DNA of 19,991 nt from Chthoniobacteraceae bacterium (GTDB lineage: Bacteria; Verrucomicrobiota; Verrucomicrobiia; Chthoniobacterales; Chthoniobacteraceae). Every line of letters starts with the position of its first letter. Position 1 is the first letter of the stretch. The position numbers were made by a program, and so were the translations under genes. The notes under the pieces were generated by a model. That model was not told the DNA's origin. It searched no databases and saw only the letters and a list, made by a program, of their open reading frames with translations. The DNA lies in assembly GCA_040081625.1 (NCBI GenBank), contig JBEBGD010000101.1, positions 1-19,991 on the forward strand. The letters run 5' to 3'. Positions 7,246-15,731 of this stretch are shown one piece after another.

Positions 7246-7947
7246 ATGCTCAACAAGCTCACCCATCGCCTGACCCGGAGCGCCGGAACCCGGCTGCGCG
7301 TTTACGCCGACAAGGCCGAGCGCCGGCTGATCGATCTCGCGTTCGCGAAGCTGGGGCTTCACCACGCAGCCGGCATCCGCACATGGACGACGCGCGCGCA
7401 GCTCGAAACACTTTTCCGCCTCGCCACCGAGCTGCCTGAAGGCGCCCGCGTCGTCGAACTGGGTTCCTATCTCGGCGCCTCGACGTGTTACCTCGCAGCC
7501 GGCGTGGCGGCGAAGAACGGACGCGTGATCGCCATCGATTCGTGGAACCTCGACGCCATGCCCGGAGAGCCGGCTGATGTGTTCGAGGAGTTCAAGCGCA
7601 ACACGGCAGGCGTGGCGCACCTGCTGAAAATCGTGCGCAAACGCACGCAGGATTTGGTCGCCGAGGATGTCGAACCGCCTGTCCATCTTGCCTTCATCGA
7701 CGCGGATCATTCTTACGAAGCCACGCGCGCCGACGCCGACTTCCTCGCGCCGCACATCGCGCCGGATGGAGTCATCGCCTTCCACGACACGACAGTCTTC
7801 GCAGGCGTCGGCCGGGTCATCGGCGAGTTGCTCGCCGGCGGGCAGTGGTGCCTCGCCGGTCACGTGGATAACCTCACATGGATCCGCCGTGCCAAGTGGC
7901 TACCGTGGCCACTGCCGCAGGTTCCCGGCACATCCGTTCCCACATGA
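7246..7947 (+). CDS. Class I SAM-dependent methyltransferase (Methyltransf_24-like)
   Basis: VVELGSYLGAST, IAIDSW, LAFIDADHSYE and GVIAFHD are motifs typical of glycan-locus methyltransferases. Confidence 0.9.
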   Translation: MLNKLTHRLTRSAGTRLRVYADKAERRLIDLAFAKLGLHHAAGIRTWTTRAQLETLFRLATELPEGARVVELGSYLGASTCYLAAGVAAKNGRVIAIDSWNLDAMPGEPADVFEEFKRNTAGVAHLLKIVRKRTQDLVAEDVEPPVHLAFIDADHSYEATRADADFLAPHIAPDGVIAFHDTTVFAGVGRVIGELLAGGQWCLAGHVDNLTWIRRAKWLPWPLPQVPGTSVPT

Positions 7948-8849
7948 TGAGCACACCGGAGCTGAGCGTCGTCCTCTGCACGCACAATCCGCGCGCCGAC
8001 TATCTCCGCCGCACGCTCGATTCGATCGCCGCGCAGACGCTCGACCGCGCGCTGTGGGAATTCGTCGTCATCGACAACGCCTCGTCGCCCGCGCTCGATG
8101 CGGACGGTCCGCCGCAGCGCCGCGTCGTGCGCGAGGAAACGCCGGGACTGGTCCACGCGCGGCTGCGTGGCATCCGCGAGACGACCGGCGCGTTGCTCGT
8201 CTTCGTCGATGACGACAACGTGCTCGCGCCCGACTACCTCGCACGCGCGCTCGCAGTCAGCCGCGACTGGCCGCAGCTCGGCACGTGGGGCGGGCAGACG
8301 ATCGCGGAGTTTGAAGTCGAGCCGCGCGAAGAGTTGCGCCCGTATCTCTGGCTCGCGATTCGCGAGTTCGCGCACGATCGCTGGACGAATGTTCCCTTCA
8401 CCCCCGACGCGATGCCCTACGGCGCCGGCCTGTGCGCGCGGCGGGCGGTCGCGGAGCGTTACGCGCAACTGCTGCGCGACGATCCGGTGCGCACGAAGTT
8501 CGGGCGCAACGGCAATCATCTCGCCGGCAGCGAGGACACCGACCTCGTGCTCACCGGCTACGATTCGGGCTTCGGCAGCGGCGTGTTCGCCGGGCTCAAG
8601 CTCACCCACCTCATCGACAAATGCCGCCTCGATGAGGACTACCTGCTGCGGCTCGTCGAGGCGACGACCTACTCGATCACGCTGCTGCGCTGCCTGCGCG
8701 GGATGCCGCCGCCGGGGCCGTCGCGCGTGCAACGGCTCCTGAGGTGGTATGAGTTCCTGCACGTGTCCGCGCTCACGCGCCGCTTCGAGCAGGCGCGGAT
8801 GCGCGGCGAACGCTCCGCCGTCGCCGACGCGAAGGCGCTGCGCCCATGA
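7944..8849 (+). CDS. Glycosyltransferase family 2
   Basis: LSVVLCTHNPR, VVIDNAS, GLVHAR..G, FVDDDN (DxD) and GSEDTD. ATGA overlap with the methyltransferase stop. Confidence 0.93.
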   Translation: MMSTPELSVVLCTHNPRADYLRRTLDSIAAQTLDRALWEFVVIDNASSPALDADGPPQRRVVREETPGLVHARLRGIRETTGALLVFVDDDNVLAPDYLARALAVSRDWPQLGTWGGQTIAEFEVEPREELRPYLWLAIREFAHDRWTNVPFTPDAMPYGAGLCARRAVAERYAQLLRDDPVRTKFGRNGNHLAGSEDTDLVLTGYDSGFGSGVFAGLKLTHLIDKCRLDEDYLLRLVEATTYSITLLRCLRGMPPPGPSRVQRLLRWYEFLHVSALTRRFEQARMRGERSAVADAKALRP

Positions 8850-9976
8850 CGATCGAGGAGAAGCGCCGCATCGCCTGCCGCGAGCTGACGCGCATCATGC
8901 AGACGCGGCGCCCGTTTTCCTACCTGCGCCTCGGCGACGGCGAGCTGGCTTTCATGCTCAACGTGCAGCGCGGTCGCGAACAGTCGCCCGATTATCTCCG
9001 CACCTCCTGCGAAGTCGCCTACGACGGTCCCGGCATCGAGGGCCGCCATTACGAGCGGCTGCGCGAGAGCTACGAGAGCTGCGAGTATCTCGACTACCAC
9101 GACAACGTCGCCTTCAACGTCGAGAACCTGCCGAAGCTCGATCTCGCGCGGCGCGAAGGGCTCTTCCGCAACGACTCGCCGGACACCGCGTGGATCATCT
9201 TCGACTGGACCTGGCACGAGTTTAAGACCTACGCCGCAGGCCGACGCTGCCTGCTCGTCGGCGCCGAAGCCTCGCTGCTGCGCGAACTCCACGCCACGCC
9301 CGCATATCGCGCGCTGGCGACACGCTTCTGGCCCGAAGACGGCGCGATCATCTTCCACCAAGTGCGCGGCGACGGGCGCGATCTCTCGGGCAATCTCGAC
9401 CTGATCAAATCCGACATCGCCGCGCTGATCTCCGAGCATTCGATCGACACCGTCTTCCTCGCGCTCGGCGGCGCGGCGAAGATCGTCGGGCACGAACTCG
9501 CGCAGGAACTGCGCGTCTGCACGATCGACTGGGGCAGCGCGCTGCGGGCGCTCGCCTACTGCGGCAGCGCCGGCCCCGCGACGTGGCGCGCGAGCCACAG
9601 TCCATATCTTCTCCACGTCCCGTTCGACCTCCACATGGACGCACTCGAACGCGCGCATCCGTCGCTCCCGAAGGTGGACCTCGTCGCAAAAGCGCAGGCG
9701 CAACTCTGCCTCGAGCTGCAACGCAAGGAACCCATGCGCACGTTCCCCGCCGACGTGCTGGAGCCATCGCACTTCGACGCCGGGCCGGAAAATCTCGCGC
9801 GTTTCAAAGCCGCGCTGCGCGTGTATGACCGCCGCTACCGAGCACTCGCGAAAGGCGACCCGGAGGTGCAGCGCCTCGTGAGGGAGTTCGATTACTGGTG
9901 CCTGAAAAAGGGGCTCGGCTGGCGGGGCAAAATCTTCCGCGCCCTCGTGCGCGCGAAGTCATGGCTGCGCCGATGA
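8846..9976 (+). CDS. Putative GT-D fold (DUF1792/GT101-like) glycosyltransferase
   Basis: N-terminal FSYLRLGDGE and distal FLALGGAAKIVGHELA....TIDWGS match the DUF1792 patterns S..RFGDGE and LALGPTAKVLAYDL....AIDIGH. ATGA-coupled on both sides. Confidence 0.72.
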   Translation: MTIEEKRRIACRELTRIMQTRRPFSYLRLGDGELAFMLNVQRGREQSPDYLRTSCEVAYDGPGIEGRHYERLRESYESCEYLDYHDNVAFNVENLPKLDLARREGLFRNDSPDTAWIIFDWTWHEFKTYAAGRRCLLVGAEASLLRELHATPAYRALATRFWPEDGAIIFHQVRGDGRDLSGNLDLIKSDIAALISEHSIDTVFLALGGAAKIVGHELAQELRVCTIDWGSALRALAYCGSAGPATWRASHSPYLLHVPFDLHMDALERAHPSLPKVDLVAKAQAQLCLELQRKEPMRTFPADVLEPSHFDAGPENLARFKAALRVYDRRYRALAKGDPEVQRLVREFDYWCLKKGLGWRGKIFRALVRAKSWLRR

Positions 9977-10884
9977 CACCGGGCCGCCTGCTCTATTTGC
10001 TGAAGACAAAGTTCGGCCACGGGCTGCGTGTCGCATGGTATCGCGACGTGATTCGTCCGCGCATCCTCGCGACGCCTCCCATCCCGGTGGGCGCCGATAC
10101 GACGTGTGAAATCCACGCGCTTACTTCCGGCGATGACTGGCTGAACCTCATGTGGGCGCTGAAAAGTTTCCTTCGCGCGTCAGGCCGGCGCTACGCGCTC
10201 TGCATCCACGACGATGGCACGCTCGGCGCCGATGCGAGCGCGCACCTGCTCGCGGCCTTCCCCGGAGCGCGGCTGATCGCCCGCTCCGAGGCCGACCGGC
10301 GGCTCGCCGACCGGCTTGCACGCTATCCGCGCTGCGCTGCGTTCCGCGCCTCGAACAAGCTCGCGCCGAAAGTTTTCGACTTCGCCGCCTGTCTGGAGTC
10401 GGATCGCATGATGCTGCTCGACAGCGATATCCTCTTCTTCTCCAAGCCCGATGCGCTGCTCGCGGCGCTGGAGACCGGCACGGCGAATGCGTTGGGACGG
10501 GACTGGCGCTACGGCTACTGCTTCGACCTCGCGACCATCCAGCCCATGCTCGACTTCACCCTTCCACCGCTCATCAACTCCGGCCTTGGCCTCGTCCGCA
10601 AAGACTCGATCCGCCTCGATTGGATCGAGGAATTCCTCGCGCTGCCCGGCGTCGAGAACAACACGCACCGGATCGACGGCCACTCGCATCGCATCGAGCA
10701 AACGCTCATCGCGCTGAGCAGCGCGCGGTCCGGCTTCACGATGCTCCCAGCGGAATACGACGTGTATCTCGGCGCGATGCGCGCGGAGTTTCCATCGCGC
10801 CACTACGCCGGCCCGACCCGCCACCTCATGTATCGCGAGGGAATGCGGCGACTGGTCGATGCAGGCTTCCTCAAAACATCATGA
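9973..10884 (+). CDS. Putative GT-A fold glycosyltransferase (GT8-like)
   Basis: ALKSF, IHDDGTL, LLDSDILF (DxD), INSGL, EQT and a late HY motif, in the order seen in GT8-like proteins. Start ATG 9973 overlaps the previous stop. Confidence 0.7.
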   Translation: MTPGRLLYLLKTKFGHGLRVAWYRDVIRPRILATPPIPVGADTTCEIHALTSGDDWLNLMWALKSFLRASGRRYALCIHDDGTLGADASAHLLAAFPGARLIARSEADRRLADRLARYPRCAAFRASNKLAPKVFDFAACLESDRMMLLDSDILFFSKPDALLAALETGTANALGRDWRYGYCFDLATIQPMLDFTLPPLINSGLGLVRKDSIRLDWIEEFLALPGVENNTHRIDGHSHRIEQTLIALSSARSGFTMLPAEYDVYLGAMRAEFPSRHYAGPTRHLMYREGMRRLVDAGFLKTS

Positions 10885-12017
10885 AGATCGGAATCGTAGC
10901 TCCAGAGTTTCCACCGGAAGTCGGCGGCGTGCAGACCTACGCTTTTGAAAGCGCCCGTGCTCTCACGCGCCTTGGGCATGAAGTCACCGTCTTCTGCCAA
11001 CCGCACCCGGAGGGCGAAGTGCAGACCACCGAGTTCCGCGTCGAGCCACTGCTGACCTTGCGCCGCAGGACCGATCGCGCGTTGCCCGAGCGATTCAAAA
11101 TGGATGTCTGGCACAGCATGAATGCCTCATACGTCTGGCTGGCGCTCGAGACCGCGCCGGTGTTCGCGACGGTTCACGGCAACGATTTCCTCTCCGTCTA
11201 TCATCCCGTCGCGCGACTCGACCTGCGGACACGCCTTGGCCTGCCCTTCGGCAGCAACCTCGACCGCAAGCTCGGCGACTGGCTCACGCGCCGCCTCCTG
11301 CGACGCTCATTCCCGCGCGCCCGTCACGTGTTCGCCAACAGCCGCTTCACCGAGCAGAAGCTGATCGAGACGCATCCGGATTGCGCCGGCAAAACGTCGG
11401 TCGCTTCGGTCGGCATCGCTGAGGATTTCAAGCACATCGAGCGCCCCGAACGCGCGCCCGGCCCGACGCGGCTGATCACCGTGTGCCGGCTCTCCGAGCC
11501 CGACAAAAACGTGCATATCGTCCTGCAAGCACTCGCGCTGCTGAAAGCCGATCACGCCTTCCACTACACGATCGTCGGCGACGGCTATCTCGCTCCCGGA
11601 TTGAAGCGGCTCGCGCAGGAGCTTGGCTTCGCCGACCGCGTCACGTTCGCCGGTTTCGTGAGCAAGGAACAGCTCAAGGAACTGCTGCTCGCGAGCGACC
11701 TCTTCGTGCTGACCACCTCCACGACCGTCCACGGACATGAGGGCTTCGGCCTTGTCTATATCGAGGCAAACGCGTGTGGCTGCCCGACGCTCGCCGCGCG
11801 CCAGGGCGGCGCGGTCGAAGCAGTCCGCGAGGGGGAGACCGGATTCTTCGTCGATAAGATCACGCCAAGTTCGCTGGCCGACGCGATCCGCCGGTTCATT
11901 CGCGGCGAGGTTCGGTTCGATGGCGGAGTGTGCCGGAATTTTGCGCTCGGGTTCTCATGGGAAAATGTCGCGCGCCATTGCGTCGAGTTTTACAACATGG
12001 CGCTCGGAGGTCTCTGA
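10881..12017 (+). CDS. Glycosyltransferase family 4
   Basis: MKIGIVAPEFPPEVGGVQTY, TVHGND, ANSRFT, TVCRL...K, IVGDG and EGFGLVYIEANACG (E-x7-E). Start set at ATG 10881 rather than 10152. Confidence 0.95.
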   Translation: MKIGIVAPEFPPEVGGVQTYAFESARALTRLGHEVTVFCQPHPEGEVQTTEFRVEPLLTLRRRTDRALPERFKMDVWHSMNASYVWLALETAPVFATVHGNDFLSVYHPVARLDLRTRLGLPFGSNLDRKLGDWLTRRLLRRSFPRARHVFANSRFTEQKLIETHPDCAGKTSVASVGIAEDFKHIERPERAPGPTRLITVCRLSEPDKNVHIVLQALALLKADHAFHYTIVGDGYLAPGLKRLAQELGFADRVTFAGFVSKEQLKELLLASDLFVLTTSTTVHGHEGFGLVYIEANACGCPTLAARQGGAVEAVREGETGFFVDKITPSSLADAIRRFIRGEVRFDGGVCRNFALGFSWENVARHCVEFYNMALGGL

Positions 12018-13900
12018 TGTGCGGCATCGCCGGCTTCATTGATCCGGCTCTCCCGCAGGAGGAAGCCCGCGCGTGGCTCGACCGGATGCTCGCGCTCATC
12101 GTCCATCGCGGGCCCGACGGCAGCGGCACTCACGTCGCCACGCCACTCGCGATCGGCATGCGCCGGCTGAGCATCATCGACCTCGAAGGCGGCGCGCAGC
12201 CGATCTGGAATGAGGACAAGACCATCGGCGTCGTCTTCAACGGCGAGATCTACAACTACCGCGAACTGACCGCGGAACTTCAGGCGGCAGGCCACGTCTT
12301 CCGCACCCGCTCCGACACCGAGGTGCTCGTGCATCTCTACGAGGAGCATGGCGACGCGCTCTTCTCGAAGCTCCGCGGCATGTTCGCATTTGCGTTACTC
12401 GACACGCGGCGCCGGCGCGTCCTGCTCGCGCGCGATCACTTCGGCCAAAAACCGCTCTACCTCACGCGCGATGCCGGCGGCCGGTTCGCCTTCGCCTCCG
12501 AGCTGAAGAGCCTGCTCGCGCTCCCGTGGGTCGATCGCGAATTGGACGGCGACGCGCTCGGCGTTTACGCGTGCTGGCTTTCGCTGCCGCCGCCTCGCAC
12601 CCATTTCCGCCGCATCGAGAAGCTGCGCGCCGGACATTTCCTCGCGCTCGATCTCGACGATCCCGCCGCGGCGGTGCCGCAAAAGTTTTGGTCCTACGAC
12701 CTCGCCTCGCCTCCCGACTGCACCGACATGGACGCGGCCGCGGAGACTCTCGATGCGACGCTTCGCGACTCCGTCGCGCTGCACCTGCGCGCGGACGTGC
12801 CGGTCGGCGTGCTCCTGAGCAGCGGACTCGATAGCCGCGTCATCGCCGCCTACACGCAGGAGCTTCATCCCGCGAACCTCCAGACCTTCACCGTCGGCTT
12901 CGGCGGTTCGGAATCCGAACTGCCCGGCGCAGCGAAGACGGCGCACGAGATCGGATCGACGCACCACTCCCTCGAGCTCACTGCCGCCGATCTCGGCGAC
13001 AGCATCGGGAAGATCGCGTGGCATCTTGACGAGCCGGTGGGCGACCCGGCGGCGTTCGCGGTCTGGAAGATTTGCACCCTCGCGCGCGATCACGTGAAGG
13101 TGCTGCTCTCCGGCGAAGGCGCCGACGAACTCTTCGCCGGCTACGATGGCCGCTACCTCGGCATGCTCGCGACCCTCGCCCGCTCCGAATGGCTCCGCCC
13201 GCTCAGCCGGTTGCTCCCGCAGCACGACGCCGCGGCACGGCAGACGCGCTGGCAACGCATGCTCAGCCGCGTTCATTCAAGCCGCTCCGTCGAGATCGTG
13301 GCGCTGCGTCGTGAAGGATTCCCCGGCGACCCACATCACCCCCGTGGCCTGACGGGCTCACAGCTTCGCGGGCTGCGCGCGAAAAAGTCCGCCCTCGCAG
13401 ACGCGGTCTGCCGCCCGCAACGCGATGTCTTGAGCGAGTTGCTTGCCTTCGATCTCGACTGGCAACTCGCGGAGTCGCTGCTGCAAAAGGCCGACAAGAT
13501 GAGCATGGCCGCGTCGATCGAACTGCGCACTCCCCTGCTCGACCTCCGCGTCGCCGAACTCGCCGCCCGCATGGACAGTTCGCTCAAGCTCCCGCCGGGC
13601 GGCCCCGGCAAGCTCGTCCTGCGTCGCTGCCTTTCGCGCAAACTCAATGAACCGCTGGACCGCCCGAAGCGCGGCTTCCCCGTGCCGCTCGCGAGCTGGC
13701 TGCGCGGACCGCTGCGCGAACAGTGCGAGGCCACGCTCTTCGCCAGCGGCGCGACGTGCTTCGCGCACCTCGACCGCGCCGCGGTGCGCTCCGCGTGGGA
13801 CCAGTTTCAGCGCAGCGAATGGGACGGCGCGCAGGTCTTCTACGCGCTCTGGCTCTACGAGACCTGGGCGCGCAGCGTGCCCGCCGCCGCACGCACGTGA
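12017..13900 (+). CDS. asnB: Asparagine synthase (glutamine-hydrolyzing) family amidotransferase
   Basis: Ntn N-terminus MCGIAG, HRGPD, RRLSIID, FNGEIYNY, SDTEV, LLSSGLDS, LSGEGADELFAGY, DKMSMAASIELRTPLLD and RPKRGF. GGAGG RBS at 12006-12010 and TGATG overlap. Confidence 0.95.
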   Translation: MCGIAGFIDPALPQEEARAWLDRMLALIVHRGPDGSGTHVATPLAIGMRRLSIIDLEGGAQPIWNEDKTIGVVFNGEIYNYRELTAELQAAGHVFRTRSDTEVLVHLYEEHGDALFSKLRGMFAFALLDTRRRRVLLARDHFGQKPLYLTRDAGGRFAFASELKSLLALPWVDRELDGDALGVYACWLSLPPPRTHFRRIEKLRAGHFLALDLDDPAAAVPQKFWSYDLASPPDCTDMDAAAETLDATLRDSVALHLRADVPVGVLLSSGLDSRVIAAYTQELHPANLQTFTVGFGGSESELPGAAKTAHEIGSTHHSLELTAADLGDSIGKIAWHLDEPVGDPAAFAVWKICTLARDHVKVLLSGEGADELFAGYDGRYLGMLATLARSEWLRPLSRLLPQHDAAARQTRWQRMLSRVHSSRSVEIVALRREGFPGDPHHPRGLTGSQLRGLRAKKSALADAVCRPQRDVLSELLAFDLDWQLAESLLQKADKMSMAASIELRTPLLDLRVAELAARMDSSLKLPPGGPGKLVLRRCLSRKLNEPLDRPKRGFPVPLASWLRGPLREQCEATLFASGATCFAHLDRAAVRSAWDQFQRSEWDGAQVFYALWLYETWARSVPAAART

Positions 13901-14820
13901 AGCCGCTCGTCACCATCGGCATCCCTTGTTTCAACGCCGAACCGTGGCTGGCTGCGGCGATCGAGAGCGCGCTCGCGCAGACGTGGCCCGCCATCGAAGT
14001 CATCGTCGTGGACGACGGTTCGAGTGACCGCTCGCGGGAAATCGCGCGCGGCTTCGCCGGAAAAATCCGCCTCATCGAGACCGACCATCTCGGCGGCAAT
14101 CACGCTCGCAACACGGCATTGCGCGAAGCGCGCGGCGAGTGGGCGCAATTCCTCGACGCAGACGACACGCTCGAGCCGGAGAAGATCGCGCGGCAATTCG
14201 CGGAGACGCGCGACGGCGCGGAGGCCGACGCGATTTACAGCCCGCACTGGTTCGAGCGCGGCGGGGGGCGGTGGGTCGCGGAGATCGATCCGTCGCTCGA
14301 CCTCTTCGCGCAATGGCTCGCCTGGCAGCTCCCGCAAACCGGCGCGGTGCTCTGGCGAAAGTCCGCGCTCGATGCGCTCGGCGGCTGGAAGGAGGACCAG
14401 CCGTGCTGCCAGGAACACGAACTCTACCTGCGCGCCCTCAAGGCCGGGCTGCGCTTCGTCTTCGCACCGACGCCGCACGCCGTCTATCGGCTCTGGAGCG
14501 AAGACACCGTCTGCCGCAAGGATCCGCACCGCACGATCCGCGTGAAGACCGCGCTGCTCGACGACGCGCGCACGTGGCTCACAGAGCGCGACCGCTGGAC
14601 AGCGCAGCACCAGCGCATCACCGCGCGCGCGTGCTTCGAGATGGCGCGCACGCTCGCCCGCTCCGACCTCGCGGAAGCCGCCGCCTACCACGCGGAGCGC
14701 CACGCGCGCGGTCTCATCGCAGTCGAGGGTCCCGCAGCGCCGCTGCCGTATCGCATCGCCCACACACTGCTCGGCTTCGAGGCCGCCGAGCGCATCGCAG
14801 CATCGATGCGGCGCTCCTAG
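13897..14820 (+). CDS. Glycosyltransferase family 2
   Basis: GTG start overlapping the asnB stop. PLVTIGIPCFN, EVIVVDDGSSD, ARN and FLDADD motifs. Confidence 0.93.
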   Translation: MKPLVTIGIPCFNAEPWLAAAIESALAQTWPAIEVIVVDDGSSDRSREIARGFAGKIRLIETDHLGGNHARNTALREARGEWAQFLDADDTLEPEKIARQFAETRDGAEADAIYSPHWFERGGGRWVAEIDPSLDLFAQWLAWQLPQTGAVLWRKSALDALGGWKEDQPCCQEHELYLRALKAGLRFVFAPTPHAVYRLWSEDTVCRKDPHRTIRVKTALLDDARTWLTERDRWTAQHQRITARACFEMARTLARSDLAEAAAYHAERHARGLIAVEGPAAPLPYRIAHTLLGFEAAERIAASMRRS

Positions 14821-15647
14821 CCGAGCCACGGAAAGCGCCGTTTCCGCCAGGCGGCGAAGCGATTCCAGAACGACTGCCGCGACTCGAACGCCGCAAACAC
14901 ATACCGCTCCGCGAGCCGCCGCAGATGACGCCGGCGCGGATGAAACGACTCGAGCGCACCGTCCCGCGTCCACTCGAGCCGCCGAAACGCCGCCATCTCC
15001 GGATGCACCTGCTTCACGTAGTGCCCGTAGGTTTCGTATTCGCTGAAGCGGTTGCTCGTCTGCGGCGAAAGGTTGCGCATGATCTTCCACGCCCAGTTTT
15101 CATCGCCGGGGCAATGCGCCTCGATCCGCGCCATCATCTCGCGGAGCACGCCCACCTTCACCACCATGTGCTGCGAGATGAACGAAAACTCGCGCGGCGC
15201 CACGAGCCCGAGGAGCCGCTCGTAGCTCTCGAAATACGGCTCGTGATACTCGTCCGCCTTCGTGAACCACGTCCGGCCCTGCTCATCGAAAAGGTCGATC
15301 GGCCGCAGCAACACCGTGTCGGCGTCCCAGATCAGATAGTCCGCGTCGTCGGGCAGCGAGAACGCGTAGGCGAACTTGAGCAACTGCTGGAAATACCAAC
15401 CATTCATCCGCTCCGGGTAGGTGAAGCCCGCGCGTCGCAGCGCGTCGAGCGTCAGGCCGGGAATGAGCGCGTCCTCGTCGAGCAGCTTCACGTCCGGGCC
15501 GAGCTCGCGGCGGAACTTCGCGAAGTGGATCGGTGCCGTCGCCACCGAGATCGACTCCGCATGGAGATGCTCGCGCAATCCCGCGACCGCGAGCCGCAGG
15601 ATGTGCAAGTCGCGTGGAAGGCAGCAGGTGAAGACCGGGATCGGCAC
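14817..15647 (-). CDS. DUF6492-like protein (putative nucleotide-sugar transferase, GT-A-like)
   Basis: C-terminal part of ORF 14817..16346 taken from GTG 15647. Motifs GWYFQQLLKF, YLIWDADTVLLRP, SFISQHM and FSEYETYG. Fills the gap between two + strand genes. Confidence 0.75.
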   Translation of the reverse strand: MPIPVFTCCLPRDLHILRLAVAGLREHLHAESISVATAPIHFAKFRRELGPDVKLLDEDALIPGLTLDALRRAGFTYPERMNGWYFQQLLKFAYAFSLPDDADYLIWDADTVLLRPIDLFDEQGRTWFTKADEYHEPYFESYERLLGLVAPREFSFISQHMVVKVGVLREMMARIEAHCPGDENWAWKIMRNLSPQTSNRFSEYETYGHYVKQVHPEMAAFRRLEWTRDGALESFHPRRRHLRRLAERYVFAAFESRQSFWNRFAAWRKRRFPWLG

Positions 15648-15653
15648 GGCGCG

Positions 15654-15724
15654 ACCAAAGCGAGCGACCGCGCGCGAAGCAAGGACGCGCTGCTTGCCAG
15701 TGCGCGTCGAATGGCGCACACGCT
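15654..15724. promoter_or_regulatory. Candidate back-to-back divergent promoters
   Basis: Minus strand: TTGCTT (15682-15677), 17 nt, TTTGGT (15659-15654), 6 nt, GTG 15647. Plus strand: TTGCCA (15694-15699), 19 nt, CACGCT (15719-15724), 7 nt, ATG 15732. Both -10 boxes are non-canonical. Confidence 0.3.
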
Positions 15725-15731
15725 TCGCCCG

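Noticed and set aside
10152..10880. Long N-terminal extension on the GT4 (621-aa ORF), suggesting a fusion or frameshift
   Set aside because: It overlaps the 9973..10884 gene in another frame. A canonical GT4 start sits at the ATGA overlap at 10881.
12017..13900. AsnB homolog as a lasso-peptide cyclase, with the S8 protease and ABC ATPase as a RiPP cluster
   Set aside because: The catalytic Cys2 glutaminase N-terminus is intact. I found no RRE/PqqD, transglutaminase-like peptidase or precursor peptide, and the ABC protein is clearly Wzt-type.
14139..15731. Apparent 855-aa fusion protein ending in the GT11-like domain
   Set aside because: The N-terminal ~525 residues are Arg-rich, low-information sequence overlapping a GT2 in another frame and the DUF6492-like gene on the other strand. 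The real gene starts at 15711 or 15732.
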